Source: Chiloscyllium plagiosum (lineage: Eukaryota). Taken from it: 64,000 nucleotides of DNA. The stretch covers positions 52,786,616 to 52,850,615 of the forward strand of contig NC_057728.1 of NCBI RefSeq assembly GCF_004010195.1, written 5' to 3'. Made by a program: the position numbers and the translations under genes. Under the pieces are notes generated by a model. The model was not told the origin of the DNA. It ran no database searches and worked only from the letters and a program-made list of their open reading frames with translations. This document shows, one piece after another, positions 11,934 through 24,854 of the stretch; within the stretch, counting starts at the first letter, position 1, and every line of letters begins with the position of its first letter.

Positions 11934-13459
11934 CTACAAGAATTAGGAACAGCAGTAAGTTTCTAGAACCTCTTTTGCCTTTCAATAAGACTGTGGCTTC
12001 AAACCCCACTTATGCCTTTGACTATCATGTTCATCAAGGGTCCACTTCTGCCTGAAAAAATATTCAATGACTCCACTCCTACTCTCTGGGGAAGAGAATT
12101 TCACAGACAAGCGACCTGAAAGAAAAATAAATTCTCCTCAGCTCAGTCTTAAATGGGAAAGTCCATATTCTTAAACTGCACTCTGCTAATCCAGAATCTC
12201 ACATTCTACTTGGGAGAGCAGATGTTTTCCTGGTCATGCCATTTCCGTCTCATCAGCAATGGCCAGGGCCTAGGAAACACTTAGATCTCACCTTCATCCA
12301 TACAGGTAGATTAACCTGCACTCCATCTCTCTGAACATCACTCGTCCTGTTGCTGTCAACTATAACTTCCAAATAAATAACAAAAACGGAAAAATAATCA
12401 CAGGGAAAAAGAAAAAGAAAAAGTGATTTGAAGAACTAATTAGCATGGGAGGGAAGCCTGCTTCAATCAGAGATCTGGATGAATGAATTGAAAAGGGTCA
12501 AAGTCTCTCCTTTACAGACCTGGATTACTTGATACAATTCTACCCTCTGCTGGAAGATGGGAGCTACTACATCTCGAGTTGCACGAGTTGTGCAAATGGT
12601 GAAGCACTCCCTTTAATATATTAACATTTTACTTCTGTCCCCCCACAAAATAATTTGAGTGTCTACTTATGCCTTTGTCATTTATTTGCTGACTTGCTCA
12701 GAGTCCCTAGCCTCAAAGGCAGTGCTATTTATGCCATTTATGATGTACATAATAACTTGATTATTAATACATGAATGTGTTTGAGTCCACAAACTAAAAG
12801 AAAATCAAATTGGACTTGTTAAATATTCATCTCTCAGTTAGGGGGGCCTGTACGTCCTCTGCAACGAACATTAAATCATTCACCAAGATCTACATTGAAA
12901 TATATGAAGTTAAAATGAATGTTGATCTATAATAAATTTGTCATGCTCTGTTTATTTGGGATATCCAGTTGTGCCAGTGACTCCACAGTTTTACCACTAG
13001 ATGGAGGCTTCCCATGCTAGTTCCTCTATATTGCAGAACCATCAACATACACCTTCATGTAGCACTTTCAATGTGAGAAAAACTTCCTAAAGTTCTTCAT
13101 GGAAGTGATTATCAGAGATTTGACACTGAAACACATCAGGATATATGAGGGCATGAGGAGGTTAGTTTTAAAGAGGAGGTTAAAGGGGTAGAAAGTTGAA
13201 TAACTTGAGGGAGGAAATGTAAGAGCTTAGGAGCCAGGCAATAGAAGGTATGGAATGGAGTTATTAAAAATTGGGGCTAGTAAAGAGGTGAATGGAAGAG
13301 CATAGATACTAATAGGCTCTAAGGGCAATTGGTTTAATCTTGTTTTTGGAGGACAATATCCATTGGAAATGTTTGAAACAAACAGTTCCATCCTTTTGTG
13401 ACAGCTGGTGCTGCTACTCACTGACACTGGTAAAATATGTACTCAGATTAGCAAAGGAT

Positions 13460-13640
13460 TAACTTGCATTTTAAAAAAAAATCCTTTTGCCACCTATGGA
13501 TATTCCAAAGAGCTTCACAGCCAATGAAGCACTTTCTGAAGAGGAGTCACTGTTATATCTTGGAGAAAGACGGAAACTAATTTGCACACAGTAAGATCCT
13601 AAAAGTAGCAATTGATAATGACCAGCAAATTTATCTCCTG
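13460..13640 (-). mobile_element. Deu-like SINE 3' part
   Basis: ACTTGCATTT..TCCAAAGAGCTTCACAGCCAATGAAGCACTTTCTGAAG is the reverse complement of the tail at 63250-63340. Confidence 0.6.
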
Positions 13641-14193
13641 GTGCCCTTGAGACATTCAGACAGCTCTGTGGGTCAAACTGGGCCTTCCAATTTAGGGCCC
13701 AACTATTTATTTTCTCAGTTAATTGTGTGCCTTAAAAATGAATTGGATCCCTGACTGTGTTTTGAGTAACTTTGAATATGTTCTTATTGCCTCCCTGGCT
13801 TGTTTTCCTCTTCTGAGGCATTTCTTAAAAGCTACTCCTTTCACCTAATTAAAAGAAACACGCCAAGGGTTCAAAGGTGAACTGGCACATGAGAAAATCA
13901 GTTATAGTTAATACACCTCAACTCACTTTCATATCACATCTTTATACCTTATTGTTTCATTGGGTTTTGAAACAAACTTCTATTGTGTAACTTTGCAACT
14001 CTCAGGTTTACAGATCTACATCCCAAATATTTCACATTGAAATTACAGAAAGTGCAATAAAATTCAACACAGCATGTCATACTCTGAAGTGCCTCAATAT
14101 AATGTCAGTAAATGTGATACTTACTAGATATATTCCACATCAGGGGATACAGCCCAAGAGCGTTCCACAGTCTCCAACCTCTTAGTGTACCAT

Positions 14194-14500
14194 TGGTGGC
14201 TCAGTGGTTAGCACTACTGCCTCACAGCACCAGGGTCCCAGGTTCGATTCCAGCCTCGGGCGACTGTTTGTGTGGAGTTTGCACATTCTCCCCGTGTCTG
14301 CGTGGGTTTTCTCCGGGTGCTCCGGTTTCCTCTCATAGTCCAAAGATGTGCAAGTCAGGTGAATTGATCATGCTAATTTGCCCATAGCATTATGTGTATT
14401 AGTCAGAGGGAAATGGGTCTGGGTGGGTTACTCTTCAGAGGGTTGATGTGCACTGGTTGTGCCAAAAGGCCTGTTTCCACACTGGAGGGAATCTAATCTA
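14194..14500 (+). mobile_element. HE1 / V-type SINE
   Basis: TGGCTCAGTGGTTAG, GGTTCGATTCC, V-domain, ATCTAATCTA tail. Confidence 0.92.
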
Positions 14501-15209
14501 CCATGGTTGAACCACCTTAGAGTGTAACCGTTCCCCATTGTTCTGTGCTGATTGCCCCAAACCTTATTGCACTTGGTGCTAGATCTTGGAATGTGCCAGT
14601 CTACAATACTGAGTTGAGGACAACTCTTTGCACTGGAAGACTAGCAGATTTCAGGCAGACCAGAGAGCATCTCTCACCAAGCTGCTGGTTCTCTAGTCAC
14701 TATTGCTATTGGTTTTGGTGTGTGTCCCAGAACAGCCAAAGCGCTGAGTCGCAGAGCTGCTTGGGATGAATCTCAACGAATCTCATTGTTCTCTGGAATG
14801 TCCATGCAAACGCTGAAGAAGGAAGTGGACACCAGTCTCATCCCCATTGCTTGCACATCAAGGCTAATTCTGTGTGGAGGGAATGAGACTCTGGGCAGAT
14901 GGGAAGGATCTAGCAGCAAGTCTCCAAAACAGTAAATCCAGTTGTCCAAGATAAAGCAGCAGTACTTTTTTCATTCATTCATGGGACGAGGGCATTGCTG
15001 GCTGGGTCAGCATTTACTGCCTGCCCCTAATTGCCCTTGAGAAGGTTGTAGATTGTATGTTATAGGTTGACCTCCAATGCTGTTAGGGAGGGAGATCCAG
15101 GATTTTGACCCAGCCACAGTGAAGGAGCAGCTACATAATTTCAAATCAGGATGGTGAGTGGCTTGGAGAGAAACTTGCAGGTATTTATTTGCTGAATTTG
15201 TTCTTCTAG

Positions 15210-15475
15210 ATTTTAAGGTAATTGAAGAAGATTTAGGGGAGATATCTAGAAGTAGGTTCTTTACTCAGAGAGTGGTGGGTGTGTGGAATGCACTGCCAAC
15301 AGTGGTAGTAGAGTCAAATATATTAGGGACATTTAAGCAACTCTTAGATAGGCACATGGAAGTTAGTACAATGGAGGGTATGTACGTTAGTCTGATCTTA
15401 GAGTAGGATAAAAGGCTGGAACAACATCGAGGGTCAAAGGGCCTGTACTGTGCTGTAATATTCTATGTTCTATGT
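15210..15475 (+). mobile_element. CR1 3' end
   Basis: RFFTQRVVGVWNALP; TTCTATGTTCTATG tail. Confidence 0.85.
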
Positions 15476-15552
15476 CTATGTGTGGTCATGGGTTTGGAAG
15501 ATGCTGCTTAGGAGCTTTGATTTCTGCAGTGCAACTTGTAGATAATAGACAC

Positions 15553-15771
15553 AATAACAGAAATTGCTGGAAAAGCTCAACAGGTCTGGCAGCATCTGCA
15601 AAGAGAAATCAGTTAATGTTTCAGGTGCAGTGACCCTTCCTCAGAAGGCCAGACCACCGCACCGAAACATTAACTCTGATTTCTCTTCACAAATACTGCC
15701 AGACCTGCTGAGCTTTTCCAGAAACTTCTGTTTTTGTTTCTGATTTACAATATTCGCAGTCCTTTCATTTT
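15553..15771. mobile_element. Fold-back Penelope-like short element, family B, with best-preserved hammerhead-like core on minus strand
   Basis: Arms CAGAAATTGCTGGAAAAGCTCAACAGGTCTGGCAG / CTGCCAGACCTGCTGAGCTTTTCCAGAAACTTCTG; minus 15644-15611 CTGAGGA-A-GGGT-CACTGC-ACCT-GAAA-CATT-AACT. Confidence 0.75.
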
Positions 15772-16689
15772 CAGTATATAATATGCACTGCTGCTACTGA
15801 GTGTCATTGGTGGTGAGAGTGGATACTTGAGGATGTGGTGCTAATCAGGTGGCTGCTTTGTGCTGGTGTCAAGCCTCTCAAATGTTGTTGGAGCTGCATC
15901 AGTCCAGGCAAGTGGGGAGTTTTCCATCACACTCCTGACCTGTTTTTTGTAGTTGGTGAATAGGCTTTGGAAAGTCAGGAGGTGAGTTACTTGCTGCAGG
16001 ATTAGCAGCCTCTGACCAGCTCTTGTGGCTACAATGTATCCAGTTCCGTTTCTGATCAATTGTAACCCACAGAATATTGAGAGGGACATTCAATGATAGA
16101 TATGTCATTTGATGCCAAGGAGAAATGATTAAATTCTCTCTTGTTGGAGATGGTCCTTACCTGTCACTGGTATGGCATGAATGTTATTTTCCAAATATCA
16201 GTCTAGGCCTGGATACTGACCAGGTCTTGCTGCACTTGACCGTGGATTGCTTTAGTATCTGAGGAGTTATGAACATTGTGCAGCCATCAGTGGACATCCG
16301 CACTTCTGACCTTATCATGGTAGGTCATTGATGAAACAGCTGAAGATGGTTGGGCCTATTTTCAAAAATGATTCCCAAAAAAATAATTTTGCTCTCTAAA
16401 TGGATTTCCCATTTCTTTAACTTGGCAGAGATTGCAAGTTCAAAACACATGAATAGAAATTTAGTTAATTGTCTTCCAGCAATTAGCTACTTTTGGGTGA
16501 TAAATGTGATCCCTTTGAAACTTTATTGCTGATGAAAAGATACTTTGGTTGAATTTTCTTTTCTTGCCCTCAATTTGCAATAAATACCAATGTAAAGGAG
16601 AACAACATTTTAGAAGACTCTAAACGAGAGAGTTGAGGAGTTGAATTTTCTTTGCTGTACCTAGAGTATGATTGAGGAGAAGCCTATCT

Positions 16690-16860
16690 AGAATTAGAAT
16701 TGGATTTTATTGTCATGTGCACTCAAGTATAGGAATATATGATTACAGTGGAAAGTGTGCAGAGTCACCATTCTCTCGTGTCATCTTGGTTACAAAACCA
16801 GAGCATGTTAAAAAAAAACAGCAGAAATAAAGAAAACCACAAAGTATGGAAAACGTTCTG
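16690..16860 (-). mobile_element. Non-autonomous element 3' end with ..CACATGACAATAAA tail (Rex1/Babar-like tail, tentative)
   Basis: TTTTATTGTCATGTGCACTCAAGTA..ACAGTGGAAAG; related copies at 31640-31970, 52430-52525, 60705-61330. Confidence 0.55.
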
Positions 16861-16889
16861 ATGTTTAAGGCCAAGTCTTATCTCCATTA

Positions 16890-17081
16890 AGGTGGAGAGT
16901 TGGCCATGCTAAATTGCCCATAGTGTTCAGGGATGTGTAGGTTAGGTGCATTGGTCAGGGGTATATGTAGAGTAATAGGGTGGGGTAATGGGTCTATGTG
17001 GGTTACTCTTCAGAGGGTCGGTGCAGACTTGTTGGGCCAAATGGCCTGTTTCCACCATGTAGGGATTCTGTGATTCTGTGA
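16890..17081 (+). mobile_element. 5'-truncated HE1 SINE
   Basis: TTGGCCATGCTAAATTGCCC..GTAGGGATTCTGTGATTCTGTGA. Confidence 0.85.
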
Positions 17082-17135
17082 AATGGAAATTTGCAGGTGA
17101 TGGAGTTCCCTTGCCTCCTTGGGCAAGATGGAGCA

Positions 17136-17255
17136 TCACTGCACTCAAAATGTTAACTCTGCTTTCTCTCCACAGATGCTGCCGGACCTTATGAGTTTCT
17201 CCAGCAATTTCTGTTTATGTCTCAGATTTCCAACATTTGCAATTTGTTGTGTTCT
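17136..17255 (+). mobile_element. Half copy of family B Penelope-like element
   Basis: AAAATGTTAACTCTGCTTTCTCTCCACAGATGCTGCCGGACC. Confidence 0.7.
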
Positions 17256-19399
17256 TATCCACTTAGACTTTGTTTTGTTGACTGTTGTGGTAGTGTCCAT
17301 TCATCCTTTCAGCCTGACAATTGGCTGCAGTTCAGAAGAGAATGTGACTGTGCATATTTTTCTTTCATTTCAAAGCAAACTATGTAGCTCTGGGCAGTTT
17401 GAAATCCTGTCTCTGGTCCCAGTGCCAAATAAAACAGTGACTGCTCTAATCCTGTCCAAGGTCTGGTAATAATTACCCAGCAACAACACAACAATGCCAA
17501 TCGTTAAACAGTCCTTGGCAATGGGCGGTGATCATTATAAGCTCCAGCTGTTCCAGTAGTGGGAATTAAAGTTGGAAAGTTGTAACGAATACCTAAATGA
17601 CTTGTTTTGTTTAATTCCCCAAGATTGATTAATTTCTGATGGCCCTTTGCACAAATGGGTTTGTTTAAGGTAAGGCCATCAGTGGATGGAAGTGGCTTGG
17701 GCAGGCATGACTGTGTTGGAGGAAAGGAACAGTCACCAGAGGTGAACCACCAAGTTGGCTCAAATCCTTCACATCACTAGCTTCAATAACCACTCCAGAT
17801 GCACTCCGTTTCAATAAATATTTTTGACTAAAAGGCAAGCATAAACACAATGGTTTTGAGGTTCATTTCTGATCATATTTCCAAGACAGAAGTCAAGAGC
17901 AATCCTTTATTTGCTGGGGAACAATTTTCAGTCTTGCGTGGAATGTGGTGAAAGAGAGAGGTATTTTGCCACTATTTCTTCTCTAGTCAGCATTTCTTGG
18001 GCTAATTGCCTGACTTCACATTCTGATAGTGGGGTGGGTTATTCATCAGTCTGTCTGAGTCAGAGGACACTGAGGTCAAGTCCCACTTCAGAGTCTCAAA
18101 CATCAATTGCCATTGTGAGTGAAGTGCCGAGGGAGTGCTGCAGTCTCAGAGGTGTTGTCTTTTGGATGAAGCAGTCCTCTATTAAAAAAAAACATGTGCT
18201 GAAATTAAAACTTCAAAATATTCATAAATATTTTGGCGTTCTGGTGCATTGACATGACATCATAAAAAGTCAGATAGACACCTCTGCCTCATACAGCATT
18301 ATGACTTCCACAGTCTTGTGCAAATTGGCTCATTACAGGGACCCAGAAATAAATGTGACTTTAATGCTTTATGATAGCATCATACTTGTGCTGAGAAGAC
18401 AAAATACTCTGTGAGTCTTGTGCTATAAAACAGATGAAAATCTGGCATTCCAGATCATAGACAGCAAGCAAGAAGTACTCATCTCAGCCAGATCAAGTTG
18501 AGGCTTGGACTAGTAACCCTTCATGTTTCTAAAGAGACTTGCAACCCGTCACATCTGTCAAGACTCACTGTGGTGAAGTGCTGGAAATCAAGTCCCACGA
18601 GACTTCACAAATATGACACGGTTTAAACAAACCATCCAAAGTTGCCAATTTACCTGACTGATAAAGGTTAAACCAGATGAAAAGAGAATATTCATTAGGT
18701 TTCTGTACTTCACAGGAAAAGTTATTTATTGCAGATTGTTTTTAATTGGTGGAAGAAACATAAATTACTAACTTGTAACACTATATAACCTAAATTCCCA
18801 TAAACAAGGACACAGACATAAAAGAGACAAGACAAACATAAATATTACCAGTGGAGAAGGAATGAAAGAAAAATTCAGTGTAGCACAGTTCTGGCAGGAG
18901 TCTGGAAAGATGTCAGTGAGATGTTTTCCTTTAGTTACCTTCTGAGTCCTTTTGACTTTTGATGACACAAACGTATGGATTGATTCTCAACCTTTCAGGT
19001 CCCCATTGAGGATTTAAATTTCAGCATCTCCGCAGGTGTGTCTCCTTTTCTCCTTTCAAAAAATGACTTTGCAGAGGGAGTATTCAGCTGTTTGGGATTT
19101 TCTTACTCCCACACTCACACTGGGGAGAGCAAGGAGGAGGTTGACTCTTTCACAAGCTGGACGTGGCTGTTGTATTTTCCAAAAACCAAGCTGCAGCCAC
19201 TCTCCCAGAAACCAATCTAGAAACTGATACTATACCGAGTATTCCTGAGCATACACAACTGGTACCGAATGAAAACCAATCAACTGCCTGTAACCAGGCA
19301 AACCTGTTCCTGGACATACACCACTGAGTTGAAGTGTCAAGTATCTTCCTCCATTGTTTGAATAAGGTAACATTGTAGACACAACGTGTTCATATAACT

Positions 19400-19760
19400 T
19401 GTTTTTTATATTCATTCATGGGATGAGGACGTTGTTGACTAGGCCAACATTTATTACCCATCCCTAATTGCTGAGAGGACAGTTTAAGAGTCAACCACAT
19501 TGCTGTGGATCTGGAGTCACATGTAGGCCTGACCAGGTAAGAATATCGGTTTCTCCCACTAAAGGACATTAGCAAACTTAGATGGGTTTTTCTGACAATT
19601 TATTCATGGCCATCATTAGACTCCATTCCAGATTTTTTGTTACTGAATTCAAATTCCACCCTCTGCCATGGCTGGATTCAAACCTGTGTCCCCAAAACAT
19701 TACCTGGGTCTCTGGATTAACAGTCTAGCGAGAATGCCACTAGGCACATCACCTCCCTAG
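19400..19760 (-). mobile_element. tRNA-headed SINE (family with tail of the 140-1540 LINE)
   Basis: TTCATTCATGGGATGAGGACG..TTAAGAGTCAACCACATTGCTGTGGATCTGGAGTCACATGTAGGCC..GGATTCAAACC. Confidence 0.85.
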
Positions 19761-20351
19761 CTACATCTTCTTCAGTAATCCCTTGGATTAAAGCAATATC
19801 TTTTTCCATTTTTAAGTATACAGTCCAAAAAGATTAAAGTAGTCTTTGCACAGCACACTTAGCTATTGACTGTGGAACAAATCCTAGGGATGTCTTTACA
19901 GGGTTAGGTTGTCTTCCAGGAGAATATCATTTCCAGTTACATGAGAGTGTAAGACCAATTGACATCTGCTGAGGAAGGTTTGAGCTGCTCTCAGGGCCAG
20001 ATTGAAAGACAAGATCAAAGAGCTGGAAAAGAATGGCGTAGTTAAGAAAGTGACATTCCTACAGGGTGGATAAGCAGCACAGAGACAATCTGGAGACTGA
20101 AGAGTATACATTGACCAAAGGAATCTAGTGCTAAAGAGATCTCATGCCTATTTTGCCAGCCGTACAAAGAAAGAAAGGCAAAAGTCCTCACAATCTGAGA
20201 ATGCGAAGGATGTTTACTTGCAATTAAAGCTGGATGAAAGCAATAGCTTTCTAATTACATTCTGAATGTCCTTTGGGAGATCAAGTTGGTTGCACATACT
20301 GTTGGCATAACCATAGTTCCAGATGAATATACAAACTTCCAATACAATGCA

Positions 20352-20503
20352 TAAAGAACTGTGGATGCTGGAGATCTGAAACATACAAATATAGAAATTG
20401 CTGGAAAAACTGAGCATGTCTGGCAGCATCTGTGGAAGGAAAGCAGAGTTAATGCCTTGAGTCTACTCACCCTTCAGAACTGAAGAGATTTCTGTTTTTG
20501 TTT
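20352..20503 (-). mobile_element. Family B Penelope-like short element
   Basis: GATGCTGGAGATCTGAAAC..GCTGGAAAAACTGAGCATGTCTGGCAGCATCTGTGG..CAGAGTTAAT. Confidence 0.7.
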
Positions 20504-21344
20504 GATACAAATTTCCAAATTAGAAGCAGGATGAAGCTATTCAATCCCTCGAGACTGCTCCATCAATCAGTATTTTTATGGCTGAGCTGATTATGGTCTC
20601 AAATCGATATTCTTCCCTATCCTGATAATCTCTCACCCCCTCGTTTAACAAAAATTCATCCACTTTCGTCTTCAAAATACTCAATCACCTTACTTTCACC
20701 ATCTTCTGAGAAAGAGAGTTCCAAAGGGTCATGATACTCGAAGAGAAATCATTTCACTCCATCTTGTTTTAAATGGATGATCCTGGTTTTTGAATAGTGA
20801 CTCCTCGTTCTAGATGTTCAGCTGTCCCAATGGTGAAAGCAGAGTAAAGTACAAGTGTGTGAAATCTCCACGACCCAATTTGCAGCAGCAGCTTGTTGTG
20901 CTTTGGAAGTCATCGTTAACAGGGACATTAAGTTGAACAGACAAGCGTCTTGTTCAAATAAGGTGAACTAACCAACTTATACAACTCTCCACGTGCTGCA
21001 AGAAGTCGTGATATAAGTATAACTCGTGAGGATCAAGCACACATTTGGACATTGAGTATTGGGTAGATGAGATGAATTGACAGCCCAAGATAGCATCTTG
21101 TACTAAGATATTAGTGCCATTAATCCTGAGGAGTTTAGAGAAGAGATGCTAAAGCAAATCCAGTCAAGCCACCAGGGAATCAGATCAAGTCTTAGGAAGG
21201 AAAGATTTGTGCTCTGCTGGTCAAACATGAGCAACAAGATCAAGGACCACATAAGAAAGTACAGTGCCTGTAATGAGTACAGTGCTAAGCAAGTTGAAGA
21301 GCCACTGATGACACATGACATCCAGACAGACTATAGATGAAACT

Positions 21345-22690
21345 GGCAGGAACTGAACAATGAGCATAATATCAGCTGTTGGAGGGGATTCTGAGAAATA
21401 GGATCGACAAGCATTTGCAAAGGAAGGGCTGATTAGTGGTAGCACGGCTTTGTGCTTGGGAAATTGTTTTTCAAGAGGTGACCAAGAAGATAGATGAAGC
21501 AGAGCAGTAGACATTGTCTACATGGTCATTAGCAAGGCCTTTGACAAGGTTCGTCACGGTAAGGTTAGATCACATGGGATCCAGGAAGAGCTCGCCAATT
21601 GGGTACAAAATTGGCTTGACAATAGGAGGCAGAGAGTGGTGATAGAGGTCTGTGACCAAGGATTAGTGCTGGGTCCGCTGTTGTTCATAATTTATATAAA
21701 TGATTTGGATGAGGATACAAGAGGCATGATGAGTAGGTTTGCAGGTGACACCAAAATTGGTGGTATAAAGGACAGTGAAGCAGGTTATCTAAGTGTACAA
21801 TGAGATCTTGGTCAACTAGGCCATTGGACAGAGTAATTGCTGATGGAGTTTAATCAGGTAAATGTGAAGGCAGGATTTAAACAGTTAACGGTAAAGCCCT
21901 GGTGAATATTGTCTAGCAGGGAGACCTAGGGGTGCAGGTATATGGTTCCTTGAAAGTGGCATCACTGGTAGACAGAGTGGTGAATAAGACATTAGGCATG
22001 TTTGCCTTCACTGATCAGAATACTGAGTTTAAGAGTTGGGATGTCATGTCACAGATATACAAGATATTGGTAAAGCCATGTTTGGAGTACTGTGTACAAG
22101 TGTGATCATTCTACTATAGGAAAAATATTATTAAACTGAAAATTGTGCAAAAAAAGATTTACAAGGATGTTCTCGAAACTGGAATGTTTGAGTTATAAGG
22201 AGAGGCGAGACAGGGTGTTTTATTAACCTAGAGTGTAAGGAGGTTGAAGGGTGACCTTATCAGGTTTATAATCAGGTTGATGTCACAAGGAATTAAGGGC
22301 TATGGGGAGAATGCGGGTAAGTGGAGTTGAAATGCCCATCAGCCATGATTGAATGGCAGAGTGGACTCGATGGGCCGAATGGCCTTACTTCCGCTCCGAT
22401 GTCTTATGGTCTTATGGTCTTATAAAATCATGAAGAATATGGATAAGGTGAATATCTAAGATCTCTTCCCTAGAGTGTGGTGCATGTATGGAATGAGCTG
22501 CCAGAGGAAGTAGTGGAGTGGGTACAATTACAACATTTAAAGACATTTGGACAGGTACATGGATAGGAAATGTTTAGAGGGATATAGACCAAATGCAGGC
22601 AAATGGGACTAGTTCAGTTTAGGAAACCTGGTTGGAATGGATGAGCAAGACTGAGGGGCCTGTTTCCATGCTGTATAACTCTATGACTAT
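21345..22690 (+). mobile_element. CR1 LINE inserted in Gypsy A, with a nested short CR1 3' piece (about 22280-22425)
   Basis: ISKAFDKVRHG..QGLVLGPLLFIIYINDLD..SRFAGDTKIGG; CTATGACTATG tail; nested piece ends CTTATGGTCTTATGGTCTTA. Confidence 0.9.
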
Positions 22691-23236
22691 GTTGTCAGTC
22701 TAACCTTTCTGATGACTGGGAGGTGGACCAGTTGACTTCAGTGACTGCGGCTGAGATTATCAAATGAAAGGATCATCTCACTTCAGATATTACAGCACTT
22801 CTGACAGTGTAATGTGTGACCATGGGCTTCGGTTAATGAATGAAGAATTCAGCTGCTTCATAAATGTCTGGGAAATTCAACACCATCTGTTATCTCCACA
22901 ATATCCCCAGTCCAATGGAAAGGCTGAGGTGGCAGTGAAAATCAGCAATGTAATCATGAAGAAATCTAGCAAATCCAGCACATTGAGTGGAGAACCACAC
23001 TTATTGAAGGCAGGGAGAGTAGTCCAGTATAAAGACGAATACCACAATGCACTCAAACTAAGAGCAAAACAGTTCCTGAAGCCAGAAATAGTAACCGATA
23101 TTAATGACAAAAACAAATTTAAATGACAGAAAGCCAAATTTCATTTTGCTAAATTTCATTTTGACAAAATTGCCAAACCGTTGCTAGAGTTTACCATTGG
23201 AGAGCCAGTCAGGGTACAAACCTTCAACACTCTCAT

Positions 23237-23529
23237 CTCACAGCACCAGGAACTTGGGTTCGATTCCAGCCTCGGGCAACTGTCTGTGTGGAGTTTGCAC
23301 AATTTCCCTGTGTCTGTGTGGGTTTCCTCCGGGTGCTCCAGTTTCCTCCCACAGTCCAAAGATGTGCAGGTTAGGTGAATTGGGCATGTTAAATTGCCCA
23401 TAGAATTAGGTGCGTTAGTCGGGGGTAAATATGGGGAATGGGTCTCGGTGGGTTACTCTTCAAAGGGTTGGTGTGGACCAGTTGGGCTGAAGGGCCTGTT
23501 TCCACACTGTAGGAAACCTAATCTAATCT
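23237..23529 (+). mobile_element. HE1 SINE (slightly 5'-truncated) in Gypsy A
   Basis: GGGTTCGATTCCAGCCTCGGGC, V-domain, CTAATCTAATCT tail. Confidence 0.9.
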
Positions 23530-24224
23530 TATCACAACAAAAATCAATTCAAATCACAACTTTGAATGTGCATACAACAGTTGTTATATCGATCATACAT
23601 GGTGGAAGTGAATGAGTAGGTGTACAATCACAATTGCAGGCATATTTGTACAACTGGAGAAGGTGTTTCTTCGCTGCAAGCAGCTGTCAGGAAGAGGTCA
23701 ACTCAATATTTTCACAGTCAAGCATTCGACCCAGAAGTCCACAGCAACCCAACAACTGAAATGGAACAACAGTTGCCATGCAATAACAAATGACATGAGG
23801 CTGAAATACCTTTGGAAAGGACCGTCACCCAGATGAACAGCCAACAACAACATGTGTGCATGCCAGTAAGATATCAATGTAATTTAATCACTATGTATGC
23901 AATGCATATGCAGAGACTTATACAAATAACAAACAGTTAATGCATAAAACAACCACTGTATATTGGGTAACTTGGGTAATTCAAAATTTATATGATCATG
24001 CATGCATTTTCTGCATGTAAAGGGGGATTTGAATTGAAATTGCAGTTGAGTGGAAATGTGCTTCCTGGTCTGCCATAGTCATGTGACATTTACCTTGAGG
24101 CATACACACATTCCCCACCCAAATGGTACTTCAAATAAACACTGGCCTGACCAGATGATTACTCTATGAACAAAGAATGGGGATCAATTTTCTTTAAAGT
24201 TACTATTTTCTCATGTATATAAAA

Positions 24225-24854
24225 GGGCAGAATCTTCTGAGTTTGGCAGGCTGCCTGAAATAACATTAAGACAGCTGTGCTGATTTGTGGAGCAAGTCCC
24301 ACCATGTCTCCCAGCCATCAGGCACCTAGAAGGACACTATGTCAGGAATCAAGTCTCTCCCAACAGGAAGTGGCAGCCAATCAGAGGCCAGCAGGTTTCC
24401 CACTTGGCAGTGCCAAATAGGTGGCGATGGCTACTGCCAGGAGACCAAGGACAATGTCCAAGGAGCTAGGACAAGGGTAAATGATTTTTGGAGGGGGCAG
24501 AATGCAAATCATTTGTGGGTGTCATGTGGCCAGTCTGGGGGTGGTCAGAGCCAGGGTGGTCAGTTGGTGATCCTTAGTGGCCATCACCCAGCCATATGTA
24601 CATCATCTCTATAAGCTACTGAGTGCCTTTGATTGAGCCCCCTTACCCCATCATCTGTGGGTCTATAAAGCAGCCTGCACAGTTTCTCCCTCCAGGAAGA
24701 CTGGTTGTCAACTGACCCACTTCCAACTGGGTGGAAGTAGTCCTTAATTGGTCATTTCGATGGGGCTCAAATATTATTGGGGAGGGAAGGTTTGGTATGG
24801 ACCTCTTCACACTGAAGTTAGCCTTACCTCCTTCAGGACCAGAAGATTCTGCCT
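24225..24854. mobile_element. Non-autonomous DNA transposon (MITE), PIF/Harbinger-like
   Basis: Perfect 14-bp TIR GGCAGAATCTTCTG (24226-24239) / CAGAAGATTCTGCC (24840-24853); no transposase ORF; TSD not evident. Confidence 0.6.

Larger units (their letters stand above)
14965..16360 (-). mobile_element. LINE of the 140-1540 family, interrupted by a CR1 3' end and a fold-back element
   Basis: Tail TTCATTCATGGGACGAGGGCATTGCTGG..CATTTACTGCC at 14965; minus ORFs LFTNYKKQVRSVMENSPLAWTDAAPTT, NILWVTIDQKRNW. Confidence 0.8.
19880..24172 (+). mobile_element. Decayed Gypsy LTR retrotransposon A (RT, integrase, PPT, 3' LTR) with nested insertions
   Basis: DVFTGLGCLPGEYH..LKDKIKELEKNGVVKKVT from 19889; integrase Zn-finger region MLKQIQSSHQGI..SACNEY (21146-21340); core SPQYPQSNGKAEVAVK (22764-23126); purine tract AAAGGGGGA 24019-24027 then LTR-like stretch with AATAAA ending CA at 24172. 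Confidence 0.85.
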
